From positions 1 through 64,000 of IMG/VR virus record IMGVR_UViG_2862784999_000001: DNA of 64,000 nt; one strand, written 5' to 3'. The stretch's first letter is position 1, and every line of letters begins with the position of its first letter. Of the stretch, positions 1 to 8,492 are shown in pieces. The stretch comes from a virus. Lineage: Duplodnaviria; Caudoviricetes. Made by a program: the position numbers and the translations under genes. The notes under the pieces were generated by a model. It was not told the origin of the DNA. It saw only the letters and a program-made list of their open reading frames with translations, and searched no databases.

Positions 1-126
1 TCATTGAGGATCTTGACTGGCCGCTCCTTCGCTGGTCAAAGAGTTATCGGCGATCCGCTCATGGTGTCTGATCACTTCAGCGATGATGAAGGTGAGGAGC
101 TTCTCGGCGAAGGCCGGGTCCAGTTC
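1..126 (-). pseudogene. Orphaned 3' fragment of a chorismate mutase gene (integration target, att junction)
   Basis: Minus frame reads ELDPAFAEKLLTFIIAEVIRHHERIADNSLTSEGAASQDPQ* with TGA at 3-1. This matches the C-terminus of actinobacterial AroQ-type chorismate mutases as I recall it; the similarity stops upstream of LDPAF. Confidence 0.75.
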
Positions 127-249
127 TGACCTCGCGCTCTTCCGCAACGCCCCAGCTAGGCGGCATCGCCCTCGAACGGCGAGCCCTCCCCGACGTCCTG
201 GGAGTACCTCCGGAGTTCATTGCGGATGTCGTCCGCCTACCTCTAGTCG

Positions 250-268
250 TCCCCTAAAAATCCCCTAA
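250..268. repeat. Direct repeat TCCCCTAA x2 at 11-bp spacing, probable integrase arm-type sites
   Basis: TCCCCTAA at 250-257 and 261-268, about 130 bp inside the putative att core. Confidence 0.5.
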
Positions 269-477
269 GGGATCACTGGATTGCTGCAGCTCAGGGCAGC
301 CAAGAAGAGACAGGCGGCCCCCCACACTCCTGCCGGCCAGGCGTGAGGGGCCGCCCCAAGTGCCGAGCCATCACCGAGGGGGGGCTAATCCGTAGGTGAC
401 GGCCCGACACGCTCGTGGGGTTCGACCTGTCTCCTTGCCGGATGGATGCAGGTCGATGCCTTGATTCACTCGATCGA

Positions 478-493
478 GCGAACGGGCGTTCGA
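478..493. promoter_or_regulatory. LexA/SOS-box-like site
   Basis: GCGAAC-GGGC-GTTCGA, one mismatch to the actinobacterial consensus TCGAAC-N4-GTTCGA. Confidence 0.5.
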
Positions 494-644
494 ATCTTGC
501 ACACTACAGCCACCCCTGCGGCGTTCTCCATAGCGCGCAGAGCTGAGAGCTGCAGCGACGCACCTCGGGTGGCGCGTTTCAAGATCGAATATTGCCCGGT
601 AAACCGGGCTGACTTATGATCATCTTCGGCAGAGCGTTTGTCAC

Positions 645-881
645 GTGCCCCGCCTGCCCGATGACGACTCCTGGCTGCTCCGTGAGCGCCGCGCCATCGG
701 CGACCGCATCCGCATCAGGCGCCTTCACGAGAACATGACCCAGGAGACCGTGTTCCTCGCAGCCGGCCTGTCGCGCTCCGCCTATCAGGACATCGAGGCA
801 GGCAAGACCGACGCGCGCATCGGCTCCCTGCATCGGATCGCCTGGGTCCTCGGCGTGCACGTGACGGACCTCCTCCGCTGA
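645..881 (+). CDS. XRE-family HTH transcriptional regulator
   Basis: IGDRIRIRRLHENMTQETV...GLSRSAYQDIEAG...LHRIAWVLGV is an HTH_3 pattern. Confidence 0.85.
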   Translation: MPRLPDDDSWLLRERRAIGDRIRIRRLHENMTQETVFLAAGLSRSAYQDIEAGKTDARIGSLHRIAWVLGVHVTDLLR

Positions 882-1075
882 AGTTGAATCTTTGTCAAGA
901 GAAGACCATGACGCGAGACCGGAAACAAGCTTGTTGGGTGCATTTATCTGACCAATATTGGTCCACACCACCGATGTCCGTAACCGGTTGCGTATGCCCT
1001 GGCCAGGACTTTTCGGGACTGGTATCGGTTAACTGTCGCTTACTCGGCGTTTGACCGACCGTTCAGTACCGGCCA

Positions 1076-1303
1076 TCACGCGCCGCGGGCGATGGACCGT
1101 AAGGCCCGCGCGGCGATCCCCTGCCACAGCTCGTACAGTCGGGCCCCGTCGGGGCAGGCCTGGTCGATGTCCTTGCATGGCTTGCAGCTTCGGCAGTGCT
1201 GCACGTAGACGTTCCACGCGGCCGTCGGCGGCGACAGCTTCCCCCGGCCAGCCGACGCCTGTCGGCTTCCCGTGGGGGGTTCGGGGTCTCTACGCTCGTC
1301 CAC
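1076..1303 (-). CDS. Small Cys-rich hypothetical protein
   Basis: HCRSCKPC...CPDG motif; divergent from the GntR gene. Confidence 0.5.
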   Translation of the reverse strand: MDERRDPEPPTGSRQASAGRGKLSPPTAAWNVYVQHCRSCKPCKDIDQACPDGARLYELWQGIAARALRSIARGA

Positions 1304-1438
1304 GTCGACGCTCCGCTTGCCGGTTGGTTCCCCGGCCGTGCATGGCGGGGCTGTTTCAGCAGCTTAGACATAGCATGCTATGGCGTGCCACGTATGCGAC
1401 CGCTCGCGTGGCATGGGATGGCGTGTCACGTTGACCGT

Positions 1439-1684
1439 GTGATCGAATTCGAGGCGGATGTGCCCAGGTGGAAGCAGGTAGCCGAGGTGATCCGTGGACG
1501 GATCGCGGACGGCACCTATGCGCCCCGCACTCGTGTCCCCTCGGTCGTTCAGCTCGCCACCGAGTTCGGGATCGCGCAGGCGACCGCACAGAAGGTTCAC
1601 CGCGGCCTCCGCGACGAGGGCCTCATCTACACGGAGCCGGGCCTCGGATCGTTCGTCTCCAGCCGGCCTCCTGCCGAGGGCTGA
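1439..1684 (+). CDS. GntR-family winged-HTH regulator (HTH domain only)
   Basis: PRWKQVAEVIRGRIADGTYAPRTRVPSVVQLATEFGIAQATAQK...LRDEGLIYTEPGLGSFV; GTG start chosen at 1439. Confidence 0.88.
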   Translation: MIEFEADVPRWKQVAEVIRGRIADGTYAPRTRVPSVVQLATEFGIAQATAQKVHRGLRDEGLIYTEPGLGSFVSSRPPAEG

Positions 1685-1717
1685 CCGCTGTCACACCCGG
1701 CGGCTACGCTTTGATCT

Positions 1718-1906
1718 ATGTCCTCCCCTCCCCCGCTCCCGGGTTCCGCGCGGCCTGCCGACGTGGTGAATGAGGAGATCCGCGCCCTGATCACGCGGGC
1801 TGGCGGCTGGCTGTACGGGGAGACGCGGCAGCGGTACGAGGTACTGCGCGACGAGTGGACGGTCGCGACGGCCGCTGAACGCGGGGACATCGTCGAAGCG
1901 GCATAG
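1718..1906 (+). CDS. Hypothetical protein
   Basis: 62-aa ORF with ATG start, followed by a terminator hairpin. Confidence 0.65.
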   Translation: MSSPPPLPGSARPADVVNEEIRALITRAGGWLYGETRQRYEVLRDEWTVATAAERGDIVEAA

Positions 1907-1914
1907 AGTGCATG

Positions 1915-1951
1915 GCGAAGCCCCGGCCACTAGACCTGGCCGGGGCTTCGC
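1915..1951. terminator. Bidirectional hairpin terminator
   Basis: GCGAAGCCCCGGCCA-N7-TGGCCGGGGCTTCGC between convergent genes. Confidence 0.75.
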
Positions 1952-1962
1952 TGTGTCCTGCG

Positions 1963-2175
1963 TCAGGCGTCAGGGATGTCGGCGGCGGTCACGGTCTCGA
2001 AGTGCCACCATCGGCCGTCTTCCCACTTCATGACTTGGGCGGTGTCGGCGCCGGAGCGGAGTCCGGTCCGGACGTGCGCGAACGCCTTGGCCTCGCTGGT
2101 GTGGCCGATCTCGGCGAGCTGGGCGCCGCCTTGGGAGAGGATCACTCGCCAGGGCTCTCGGGGCTTTGCGGTCAT
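1963..2175 (-). CDS. Hypothetical protein
   Basis: 70-aa ORF with an RBS-like GAGG; downstream of 2183-2482. Confidence 0.7.
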   Translation of the reverse strand: MTAKPREPWRVILSQGGAQLAEIGHTSEAKAFAHVRTGLRSGADTAQVMKWEDGRWWHFETVTAADIPDA

Positions 2176-2182
2176 CGGTGCC

Positions 2183-2482
2183 TCACTTTTCGTGGATCTT
2201 GCGGGCGTGGTTACGGATGCTGAGGGGTGCTCCTGCGTACTCGCAGTTCGGGCAGATTTCCCAGCCGCCTTCGTCGACGGCGGCGTCGAGGACGGACTTG
2301 TCGGGGCCGAAGCCGTGGTGGCTGAGGAGGCGGGCTACGGAGCTGTCGTAGCGGGCGGCGAGGAGGGCGGCTTCGGCGACCTTGTCGTGGCCTCGGCAGA
2401 AGAAGGCGCCGAGGCTGGTGGTGCCGCCGCAGCCGCACCAGCAGGTGCCGGTGGGGAGTAGGCGGGGTGTCTCGTTGGTCAT
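2183..2482 (-). CDS. Zn-binding hypothetical protein
   Basis: CWCGC...FCRGHD motif and a C-terminal CPNC...H..H. Confidence 0.75.
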   Translation of the reverse strand: MTNETPRLLPTGTCWCGCGGTTSLGAFFCRGHDKVAEAALLAARYDSSVARLLSHHGFGPDKSVLDAAVDEGGWEICPNCEYAGAPLSIRNHARKIHEK

Positions 2483-2490
2483 GAAATCAA

Positions 2491-2514
2491 GATAGCCAAT
2501 CTAGATTGGCTATC
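2491..2514. promoter_or_regulatory. Perfect 24-bp palindrome over a probable leaderless promoter
   Basis: GATAGCCAATCTAGATTGGCTATC; the minus strand reads TTGATA-16-TATCTT-6-ATG(2482). Confidence 0.65.
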
Positions 2515-2586
2515 AAGATGGACTAGGAAAGATACGCACCCCGATGGACCGTGCGCCGGGACGGGCATGTCGCCCCGGCGGCGTGA

Positions 2587-3096
2587 TCAGACGTCGAGGA
2601 TGATCCCGAGCCCCATCAGCCGGCCGGCCATAGTCGACCTGGTGAGGTCGAAGCGTGGGGCGAGTAGGTCGACGAGCTGAGCGGCAGTCCGGAAGTCTGC
2701 CTCGACGGCCGCGCTCCGGACCGCCGTCTCGGGGGCGAGGAGTTCCAGGGCGAACCGGTTGGCCTCGGTCTCCTCGCGGTCCGTTGGCAGGCTGGCCAGG
2801 TTGCCCAGAGCGTGGCGTTCGACGGTGTCGAGGATCAGGTCACGCCGCCGGTGAAGTTGCAGATGCCCGACGAGGTGGGCGAGGGCGAACCGCTGCCGGG
2901 TCGGGTCCAGGTCCGCGTTGATGCCGATGACGGTTTGATCGTCGCGGCGCACCAGCATCCCGGACAGTTCGACGGGGGCCGGCTGGCGGACGACGGTGGC
3001 ACCGAGCCGTTCCGCGACAGCCTCCGGGTCTACTGGAAGCCCGCTGGCGGGGCTCTCCTGAACAAGCTGTCGTGCCGCTGCCTCACCTCGCGCCAT
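2587..3096 (-). CDS. ImmA/IrrE-family metallopeptidase-like protein, catalytic Glu absent
   Basis: PVDPEAVAERLG...IGIN...RQRFALAHLVGH...ETEANRFA; the HExxH motif appears as HLVGH. Confidence 0.85.
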   Translation of the reverse strand: MARGEAAARQLVQESPASGLPVDPEAVAERLGATVVRQPAPVELSGMLVRRDDQTVIGINADLDPTRQRFALAHLVGHLQLHRRRDLILDTVERHALGNLASLPTDREETEANRFALELLAPETAVRSAAVEADFRTAAQLVDLLAPRFDLTRSTMAGRLMGLGIILDV

Positions 3097-3295
3097 ACCG
3101 TCCCCTTCGCCGCAGCGGCGTGAAGAGGCCCCGTCCGCGAGGGACGGGGCCGTCTGCGCGGAGTCTGCGACCCGTTGCCTCGCAGCACTGGCGGCGCGCA
3201 CCGCCTTCGGTCGTCCCCGTCGCCGGCGACTTCCTACACGGGCCCGGTGAGACCTTGCCCCGCGCCCGGGGTCCGGCGTTCGCGTCATGCCGTGG

Positions 3296-3508
3296 CTACG
3301 AGGGTAGCTGGTATCGCCTCCCGCAGGACATGCATCGCGGCTTGCCGTGGTAGCCGGTGACGGTGCCGCCGTTCGTCATGCAGACGGCGCCGTTGGGTGC
3401 CGTGTTGTCGCCGTCGAGGAGGAACCAGGCCTCCCCGCATCCGCAGACTGCTCCGTCGTAGGCGGGCTGGGCAGCCTCGGACCTACGCTCATCAAGGTTG
3501 ATGGTCAT
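3296..3508 (-). CDS. Small Zn-ribbon hypothetical protein
   Basis: CGCG...CMSCG. Confidence 0.6.
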   Translation of the reverse strand: MTINLDERRSEAAQPAYDGAVCGCGEAWFLLDGDNTAPNGAVCMTNGGTVTGYHGKPRCMSCGRRYQLPS

Positions 3509-3575
3509 GGATCAAGGCTCGGCTACCGGGAGTGCCGCTTCAAAGGGGAACCGGTGAGCAACCTATGATCCCGGG

Positions 3576-3779
3576 GTGGCTATCGAACTCCCCCCGGACC
3601 TGATTGCGCTGGAACGTTCCGCCTGGACGGAGATTCAGGCTGGTGCGCTGACCGTGGACACGGCGCGGGCCGTGCACGAGGGGATCGCCGCGTTCGCTGC
3701 CGAGGCGGGGCACGCTCGGTACGCCGTCGAGATGGGGCTCAAGCAGACCGTGCGGCATCCGGAGCCCGAGGCGGCCTGA
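3576..3779 (+). CDS. Hypothetical protein
   Basis: 67-aa ORF with typical high-GC codon usage. Confidence 0.65.
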   Translation: MAIELPPDLIALERSAWTEIQAGALTVDTARAVHEGIAAFAAEAGHARYAVEMGLKQTVRHPEPEAA

Positions 3780-3780
3780 C

Positions 3781-4086
3781 CTACTCCGCCGCCTTGAGCG
3801 CCCGCTCGATGACCTCGTCGAATGAGCTACCCGCGATTCCGAGGCGCCCCAGGATCAGAGGCTCGCGTACCTGCTCCTCGGCGGCAGTCAGCCGGTCGTC
3901 GCGGCGCATCGCGCGCCACGTCCGGAAACCGAGCTCGTACTCCTGTGCCGACGAGTACGCGTGCCGGTGCGGCGCCTCGACACGCTCCCCCAACTCGCCA
4001 GCGGTGTACGGACGTCCCGAGTCGGTGTGTTCTTGGTCGTAGCCCCAGCGCACCGAGCAGCCGGGACCGTGCTTGCGGCAGTTCAC
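3781..4086 (-). CDS. Hypothetical protein
   Basis: GTG start overlaps the upstream stop (GTGA). Confidence 0.5.
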   Translation of the reverse strand: MNCRKHGPGCSVRWGYDQEHTDSGRPYTAGELGERVEAPHRHAYSSAQEYELGFRTWRAMRRDDRLTAAEEQVREPLILGRLGIAGSSFDEVIERALKAAE

Positions 4087-4433
4087 GGCGCCTCGCAGCG
4101 GTGGATACGGGTAGCGACAGGCCCCTGCCAGCTGTGAACCTCGACGGTGTCGCCGCGGCAGTCCTTCGTCAGGCAGATGGTGCGGCCGGGCCGGATCGGG
4201 CGCTCGGGCGACTCGTCGGCTAGGCCGAGTTCGCGCTCCAGGCGGGCGATGCGCGCGTAGTCCGGGCGGGCCGCGGCTGAGGCCGGGCGCCGCCAACTGT
4301 GGCGGGCGAGAGACTCCCAGATCATGTATGGCCATCGACAGAACAGTGGGGCGTTCGGCTGCTCCCCCACCAGCGCGAAAACGGCGGCAGCCGCACAGCA
4401 GAAGATCCAGACGTTGACTGGGATCTCAGGCAT
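4083..4433 (-). CDS. Hypothetical membrane-anchored protein
   Basis: GGAGGG RBS before the ATG; hydrophobic N-terminus; PDYARIARLERELG. Confidence 0.55.
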   Translation of the reverse strand: MPEIPVNVWIFCCAAAAVFALVGEQPNAPLFCRWPYMIWESLARHSWRRPASAAARPDYARIARLERELGLADESPERPIRPGRTICLTKDCRGDTVEVHSWQGPVATRIHRCEAP

Positions 4434-4565
4434 CGACGCGCCCTCCAAAGTCGTCCGCCCCGCCCGGTCTCTCAGCGGGCGGGGCGGCACCGAGTAGCTG
4501 CCCAATAGCTCTGCATACTGGACAGTTGACCGCCAGTTTACGGGCCGCCACCGACAACTCGGCGG

Positions 4566-4805
4566 TCAGCGCGTCGAGATGCGGTACTCGTCGACCGGCG
4601 GGTGCTGCTCGTCCGGGTCGATGACGTCGGGGATCTGGTCGACCCACCACGGCATGTCAGTGCGCGCTTCGATCCACGTCCGCTGCCGCCCGGCCAGCTC
4701 GTGCGCGTAGCCGTTCATCAGCGTCCGCGCCTCGTCCTCGCTCACACCAGCCGCGAGCAGGCGAAGCCAGAGAGCCATCGACGGAGACTTCGGATCCAGA
4801 CTCAT
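4566..4805 (-). CDS. Hypothetical protein
   Basis: 79-aa ORF; AHELA...IPDVIDP motif resembles small actinophage proteins. Confidence 0.55.
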   Translation of the reverse strand: MSLDPKSPSMALWLRLLAAGVSEDEARTLMNGYAHELAGRQRTWIEARTDMPWWVDQIPDVIDPDEQHPPVDEYRISTR

Positions 4806-4826
4806 GCGGCCAGGATGGCAGAGCGG

Positions 4827-5033
4827 TCAGTCCTCGTCGGGCCACCTGTGGATAACCGTCCCGGTCGCGGTGTCGGTGAGGGTGATGACGGCGCCCTCGA
4901 CACCCCAGTCCCGCACCCACACGGGGATCTGCTTCCTCGCCGCGGTCTCGGTTGCCCACCAGCCGCGCATCGTGCGACGCCCGCCCATCGTCAAGGTCAG
5001 GCGGTAGCGGCCCTCGTCATCCATGCTGCTCAT
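4827..5033 (-). CDS. Hypothetical protein
   Basis: RYRLTLT...MRGWW...ITLTD...WP; overlaps the upstream ORF. Confidence 0.65.
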   Translation of the reverse strand: MSSMDDEGRYRLTLTMGGRRTMRGWWATETAARKQIPVWVRDWGVEGAVITLTDTATGTVIHRWPDED

Positions 5034-5355
5034 CCTCGAGCAGGACGTGGAGCGGGACGCGCGCCTCGAGCGCCGCGTCGCGAAGAACGGCGAGTACTTC
5101 CTCGAGCGGCGCTGGCGGCCCTGCCGGTTTCGGTGTCGTCGCCACCATGCAGGCGATGCACCGGTCCACCCAGAAGCGGCCCCGGCCGGGAACGTCGGCT
5201 ACGCCGGCGACAGCCGCGGCGCGCCCGCAGCGGAGGCAGGCGCGTCCCTCGGCGAGGCGTCGCTTGCCGCTCGAGCGGAACGGGGCATCGGCGGGCGCCA
5301 GCTCGAGGTCGTCAACTGTGACGCCGAAGAGAGGCAGCAGGTCAGGGCTGTGCAT
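5017..5355 (-). CDS. Zn-finger hypothetical protein
   Basis: GGGAGG RBS; CLRC...RFWVDRCIAC. Confidence 0.6.
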   Translation of the reverse strand: MHSPDLLPLFGVTVDDLELAPADAPFRSSGKRRLAEGRACLRCGRAAAVAGVADVPGRGRFWVDRCIACMVATTPKPAGPPAPLEEVLAVLRDAALEARVPLHVLLEDEQHG

Positions 5356-5418
5356 GCTGTCCTCCCGTTGCTCGAGCCCGATGTGACGGTCGCAGCGTAC
5401 AGCCCTACTATCGAACAT

Positions 5419-5754
5419 GTGAACGACCCTGTCTTGTCCAGACTCGAGCAGCTCCGGTTCCTCGAGCGCGTCCAGCTCGCCGACCTCGAGCGCACCCAGC
5501 GCTGGATCGCAGCCGAAGAACAGCGGCAGCTCGAGCGGCGACGAGGCGAGCAGGCACGGCCGCCCGCCCCGGACTGGCTCCTCGAGCAAGGACTCAATGG
5601 CGGCCGACCCGTGTACGTCCATCGCGGCGACTGTCACATGGCGGGCAAGCGGCGGAGCGGCATCACCGAGGACCAGGCGCGCCAGGCCCTGCGGGAGCAG
5701 GTGGCCGCCTGCGCTCACTGCCGACCGGACACCGATCTCGGCCTGCTGGAGTAG
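5419..5754 (+). CDS. DUF6233-like protein
   Basis: N-terminal coiled coil; PDWLLEQG...VHRGDC...CAHCRPD; TACTAT -10 box and an SOS-like TCGAAC just upstream. Confidence 0.75.
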   Translation: MNDPVLSRLEQLRFLERVQLADLERTQRWIAAEEQRQLERRRGEQARPPAPDWLLEQGLNGGRPVYVHRGDCHMAGKRRSGITEDQARQALREQVAACAHCRPDTDLGLLE

Positions 5755-5794
5755 CCGACGGGCAGATACTCGAGGGCGGCGGCAGGCTGATCGC

Positions 5795-6661
5795 ATGGAC
5801 TTCCCCGTCGATGTCGCTCTCGCCGAGGCGGTGCCGCGCCTGCCCACGGGGGACGGCTGGTGGTACGAGGTGAAGTTCGACGGGCACAGAGCCGTGATCT
5901 GGCGGGAGGCAGAGACGGTCCGAGCACAGGCCCGGTCCGGGCGGGACGTGACCCGGGCGTGGATGGATCTCGCGGTCGCCGCACTCCACACTCTCCGGCC
6001 GGGCACAGTCCTCGACGGGGAGGCGGTCATCTACAAGGGCGGTCGCGTCGACTTCAGCGCCGCGCAGTCCCGGGCCGCCTCATCCCCGTCGCGCGCCCGG
6101 CAGCTGGCCGCAGAGTGGCCGGCCACCTTCGCCGCGTGGGACATCCTCCGCCACCCCGACCACGGCGACGTCCGAGGCCGCCCGTACACGGAGCGCCGCG
6201 GCCTCCTCCTCGACCTCCTCGAAGACGTTCCGCCACCCATCCAGGTCGTGCCCGCCACCGACGATCCGACGGTGGCGCAGGCCTGGTACGAGACGCTCCA
6301 CGACGTCGGCATCGAGGGAATCGTCGCGAAGCGGGCCGGCAGCCCGTATCGGGCCGGGCGGATCTGGCAGAAGATCAGGCATGCCGACACCGTCGACGCG
6401 CGGGTCATCGGTCATACCGGGCCCGCCGCACGGCCGCGCGCCCTCGTCGTCGAACTCCCCGACACACGGCACCGGCTGTCGCAGGCACTCACCGCGCCGC
6501 TCGCCGCAGCCGTCGCCGCACACATCGCCACATCCGGGCCCGGCCGGCGGAACCGCACCCGGGACCTCGGCAGCTACACCACCGTCGCGCCCGGGCTCAC
6601 CGTCGAAGTGCTGGCCGGCACCACGCGGCACGGGGTCGTCACGGTGACGCGAGTCCGGTGA
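5795..6661 (+). CDS. ATP-dependent DNA ligase (minimal LigC/LigD-ligase-like)
   Basis: YEVKFDGHR (KxDG adenylation motif), LDGEAV, AWDIL, EGIVAKR, WQKIR. Confidence 0.9.
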   Translation: MDFPVDVALAEAVPRLPTGDGWWYEVKFDGHRAVIWREAETVRAQARSGRDVTRAWMDLAVAALHTLRPGTVLDGEAVIYKGGRVDFSAAQSRAASSPSRARQLAAEWPATFAAWDILRHPDHGDVRGRPYTERRGLLLDLLEDVPPPIQVVPATDDPTVAQAWYETLHDVGIEGIVAKRAGSPYRAGRIWQKIRHADTVDARVIGHTGPAARPRALVVELPDTRHRLSQALTAPLAAAVAAHIATSGPGRRNRTRDLGSYTTVAPGLTVEVLAGTTRHGVVTVTRVR

Positions 6662-6687
6662 GCCACTGCGTGGCGCTAGGCTGAAAT

Positions 6688-6726
6688 AACGATGCCCCGC
6701 CTGCTTGCTTCAGGCGGGGCATCGTT
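6688..6726. terminator. Bidirectional hairpin terminator
   Basis: AACGATGCCCCGCCTG-N7-CAGGCGGGGCATCGTT between convergent genes. Confidence 0.8.
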
Positions 6727-6742
6727 TAGTCGTGAGGGCCGG

Positions 6743-6940
6743 TCAGGCGTCGCGGAGGTCGTTGTTGCGGTACGGCCCGTCGGCTGCCATCGACGCGACC
6801 TCGTAAGCACGTCGGGCTTCCGCGGCTCCGAGGGCAAGCTGTTCCGCGATGGCGTGGGCGTCACCAGCGGCCTTTTCCAGGCGGAGCGCCGCGGCATAGA
6901 GGGCGTTGATCAGGTCGGGCGCGGAGTCCGGGGTGGCCAT
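6743..6940 (-). CDS. Hypothetical protein
   Basis: 65-aa helical ORF. Confidence 0.55.
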   Translation of the reverse strand: MATPDSAPDLINALYAAALRLEKAAGDAHAIAEQLALGAAEARRAYEVASMAADGPYRNNDLRDA

Positions 6941-6944
6941 CGGT

Positions 6945-7130
6945 TCAGTCCCGGCCTACGACGATCACCGGCTGGCGCTTGGGGTAGGTGACCTTTTCTC
7001 CACTGGAGTAGGTGACGATGACCATTTGCGCCTGGTCCTCGACCCTGTCAACGAGGTACGGCAGTGGGTCATCCTCGCGGATAACTCGGTCGTTGCGGGT
7101 GAGGCTGTCTGCGGTGGCGATGCTGGTCAT
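6945..7130 (-). CDS. Hypothetical protein (SH3-like beta pattern)
   Basis: GGGGAG RBS before ATG at 7130. Confidence 0.55.
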   Translation of the reverse strand: MTSIATADSLTRNDRVIREDDPLPYLVDRVEDQAQMVIVTYSSGEKVTYPKRQPVIVVGRD

Positions 7131-7249
7131 TTCCGTCTCCCCTGCTTGCCATTCGTTTCTGTTCAACAAGAATGACGGGCGCAGCGCTCCTTGTCAACTC
7201 GTCACGCCAGATGGATGCTAGATTCTGTTAAACACAAACCGAGGGGGGA

Positions 7250-7441
7250 ATGATGGGACGACCCGCCACCGGGCAGACCAAGGTCATGGGCTTCCGGCCA
7301 CCCAAGCCGCTACGCGACGAGTTCGAGCAGTTGGCCGCAGCCGAGGAGCGCACACCGTCCGACGCCCTCATCGAAGCCATGCACGACTGGGTAAAGAAGA
7401 AGCGACGCGAACGAGAGACGCCCGGTAAGGCTGAGGCGTAG
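7250..7441 (+). CDS. Ribbon-helix-helix (CopG/Arc-like) DNA-binding protein
   Basis: MGRPATGQTKVMGFRPPKPLRDEFEQLAAAEERTPSDALIEAM. Confidence 0.75.
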   Translation: MMGRPATGQTKVMGFRPPKPLRDEFEQLAAAEERTPSDALIEAMHDWVKKKRRERETPGKAEA

Positions 7442-7475
7442 AGCGACTGTCAGACCCGGCGGCGATACTCACCCC

Positions 7476-7661
7476 ATGGCGATCACGATGAAGAACTACG
7501 GCCTCACCTGGACCGAGCCTGACGGTACGAAGCAGGCGTCCGGCGTCAGCTACGACAAGGCCAGCGCCGAGGACCGGAAGAAGCGGCTCATTGCGGCGAA
7601 GTGCACCGACGTCGAGATCGTCGAGGTGAAGCCCGGGGAACGGCTCCAGCCCGCAAGCTGA
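7476..7661 (+). CDS. Hypothetical protein
   Basis: 61-aa ORF with strong GC3 bias. Confidence 0.7.
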   Translation: MAITMKNYGLTWTEPDGTKQASGVSYDKASAEDRKKRLIAAKCTDVEIVEVKPGERLQPAS

Positions 7662-7840
7662 CAGCCGCATGGCCTCCCGTGGGGAGCCGGGAGGAGCGGC
7701 GGGCCCCGCACACGGCAACGCAGCGGGGCCCGAACGACATCCCGCCCGGGGGTGGATCGAGAAGCCGCACCACCACCATGCACCCGAACCAGCCACCGCG
7801 ATAGATCACGGCCGGAAACAGGTACACATCGAACCTGCGA

Positions 7841-8203
7841 TCAGTGATCCTTCGCCATGACTCGGACGAGATCGGTCAGCGCCCGTCGCTGGCCATCCGG
7901 CAGCAGGGCCATCATGCTCAGCAAGTCCGCGGCCTCACCGGTGACATTCCACGGCAGGTGCAGGTCAAAGAACTGTGCAGCGGCAGCCTCCCGAAGAGAG
8001 GCCACGTCTACGCGCAGGCCAACCGCCATCCCAGCCAGCGTTGCCGCGCTCGGTGCGACGACGACCTCTCCCGTCTCCAGGCGATGCAGCCAGGCCGACG
8101 ACACCGACGCTCCCGCTTCGGTGCAGGCCGCGGCGAGCGAGTGGTACGAAAGCTTCAACTCGCGACGTCGCGCCTTCACCAGTTCCCGCAGCTCGTCCGC
8201 CAT
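7841..8203 (-). CDS. XRE-family HTH regulator
   Basis: LRELVKARRRELKLSYHSLAAA...VSSAWLHRLETG; GAGGGAG RBS. Confidence 0.8.
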   Translation of the reverse strand: MADELRELVKARRRELKLSYHSLAAACTEAGASVSSAWLHRLETGEVVVAPSAATLAGMAVGLRVDVASLREAAAAQFFDLHLPWNVTGEAADLLSMMALLPDGQRRALTDLVRVMAKDH

Positions 8204-8450
8204 GGCCCTCTCCCTCAAAAGACAGACCCGCCTCGGCAGGGGCGCGAGGCAGGTCCGCAGCAGTCTGGCACGAGGGGCTGACAGGCGGGACGGCCTTCGC
8301 CTACCGTGATCAGGCGGCCACCGTGTTCGCAACCCCCCTTCGGGGCGGGGTCCTTCGGGACGCTCGGTGGCCGCACCTGACCTTGGAGGGGACGTGAGCG
8401 ACACCACGTGGGGCCTCAGCGACACCGCCTGGGGCTGAGCCAGACAGCAC

Positions 8451-8485
8451 AACGCCCCCGCAGCCGGCATGGCTGCGGGGGCGTT
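8451..8485 (-). terminator. Hairpin terminator after the recombinase/Endo VII operon
   Basis: AACGCCCCCGCAGCC-N5-GGCTGCGGGGGCGTT. Confidence 0.7.
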
Positions 8486-8492
8486 CGCGCGT

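Noticed and set aside
2491-2514. Protelomerase (hairpin telomere) target
   Set aside because: No protelomerase gene is recognisable, the element appears integrated, and the palindrome fits a promoter operator
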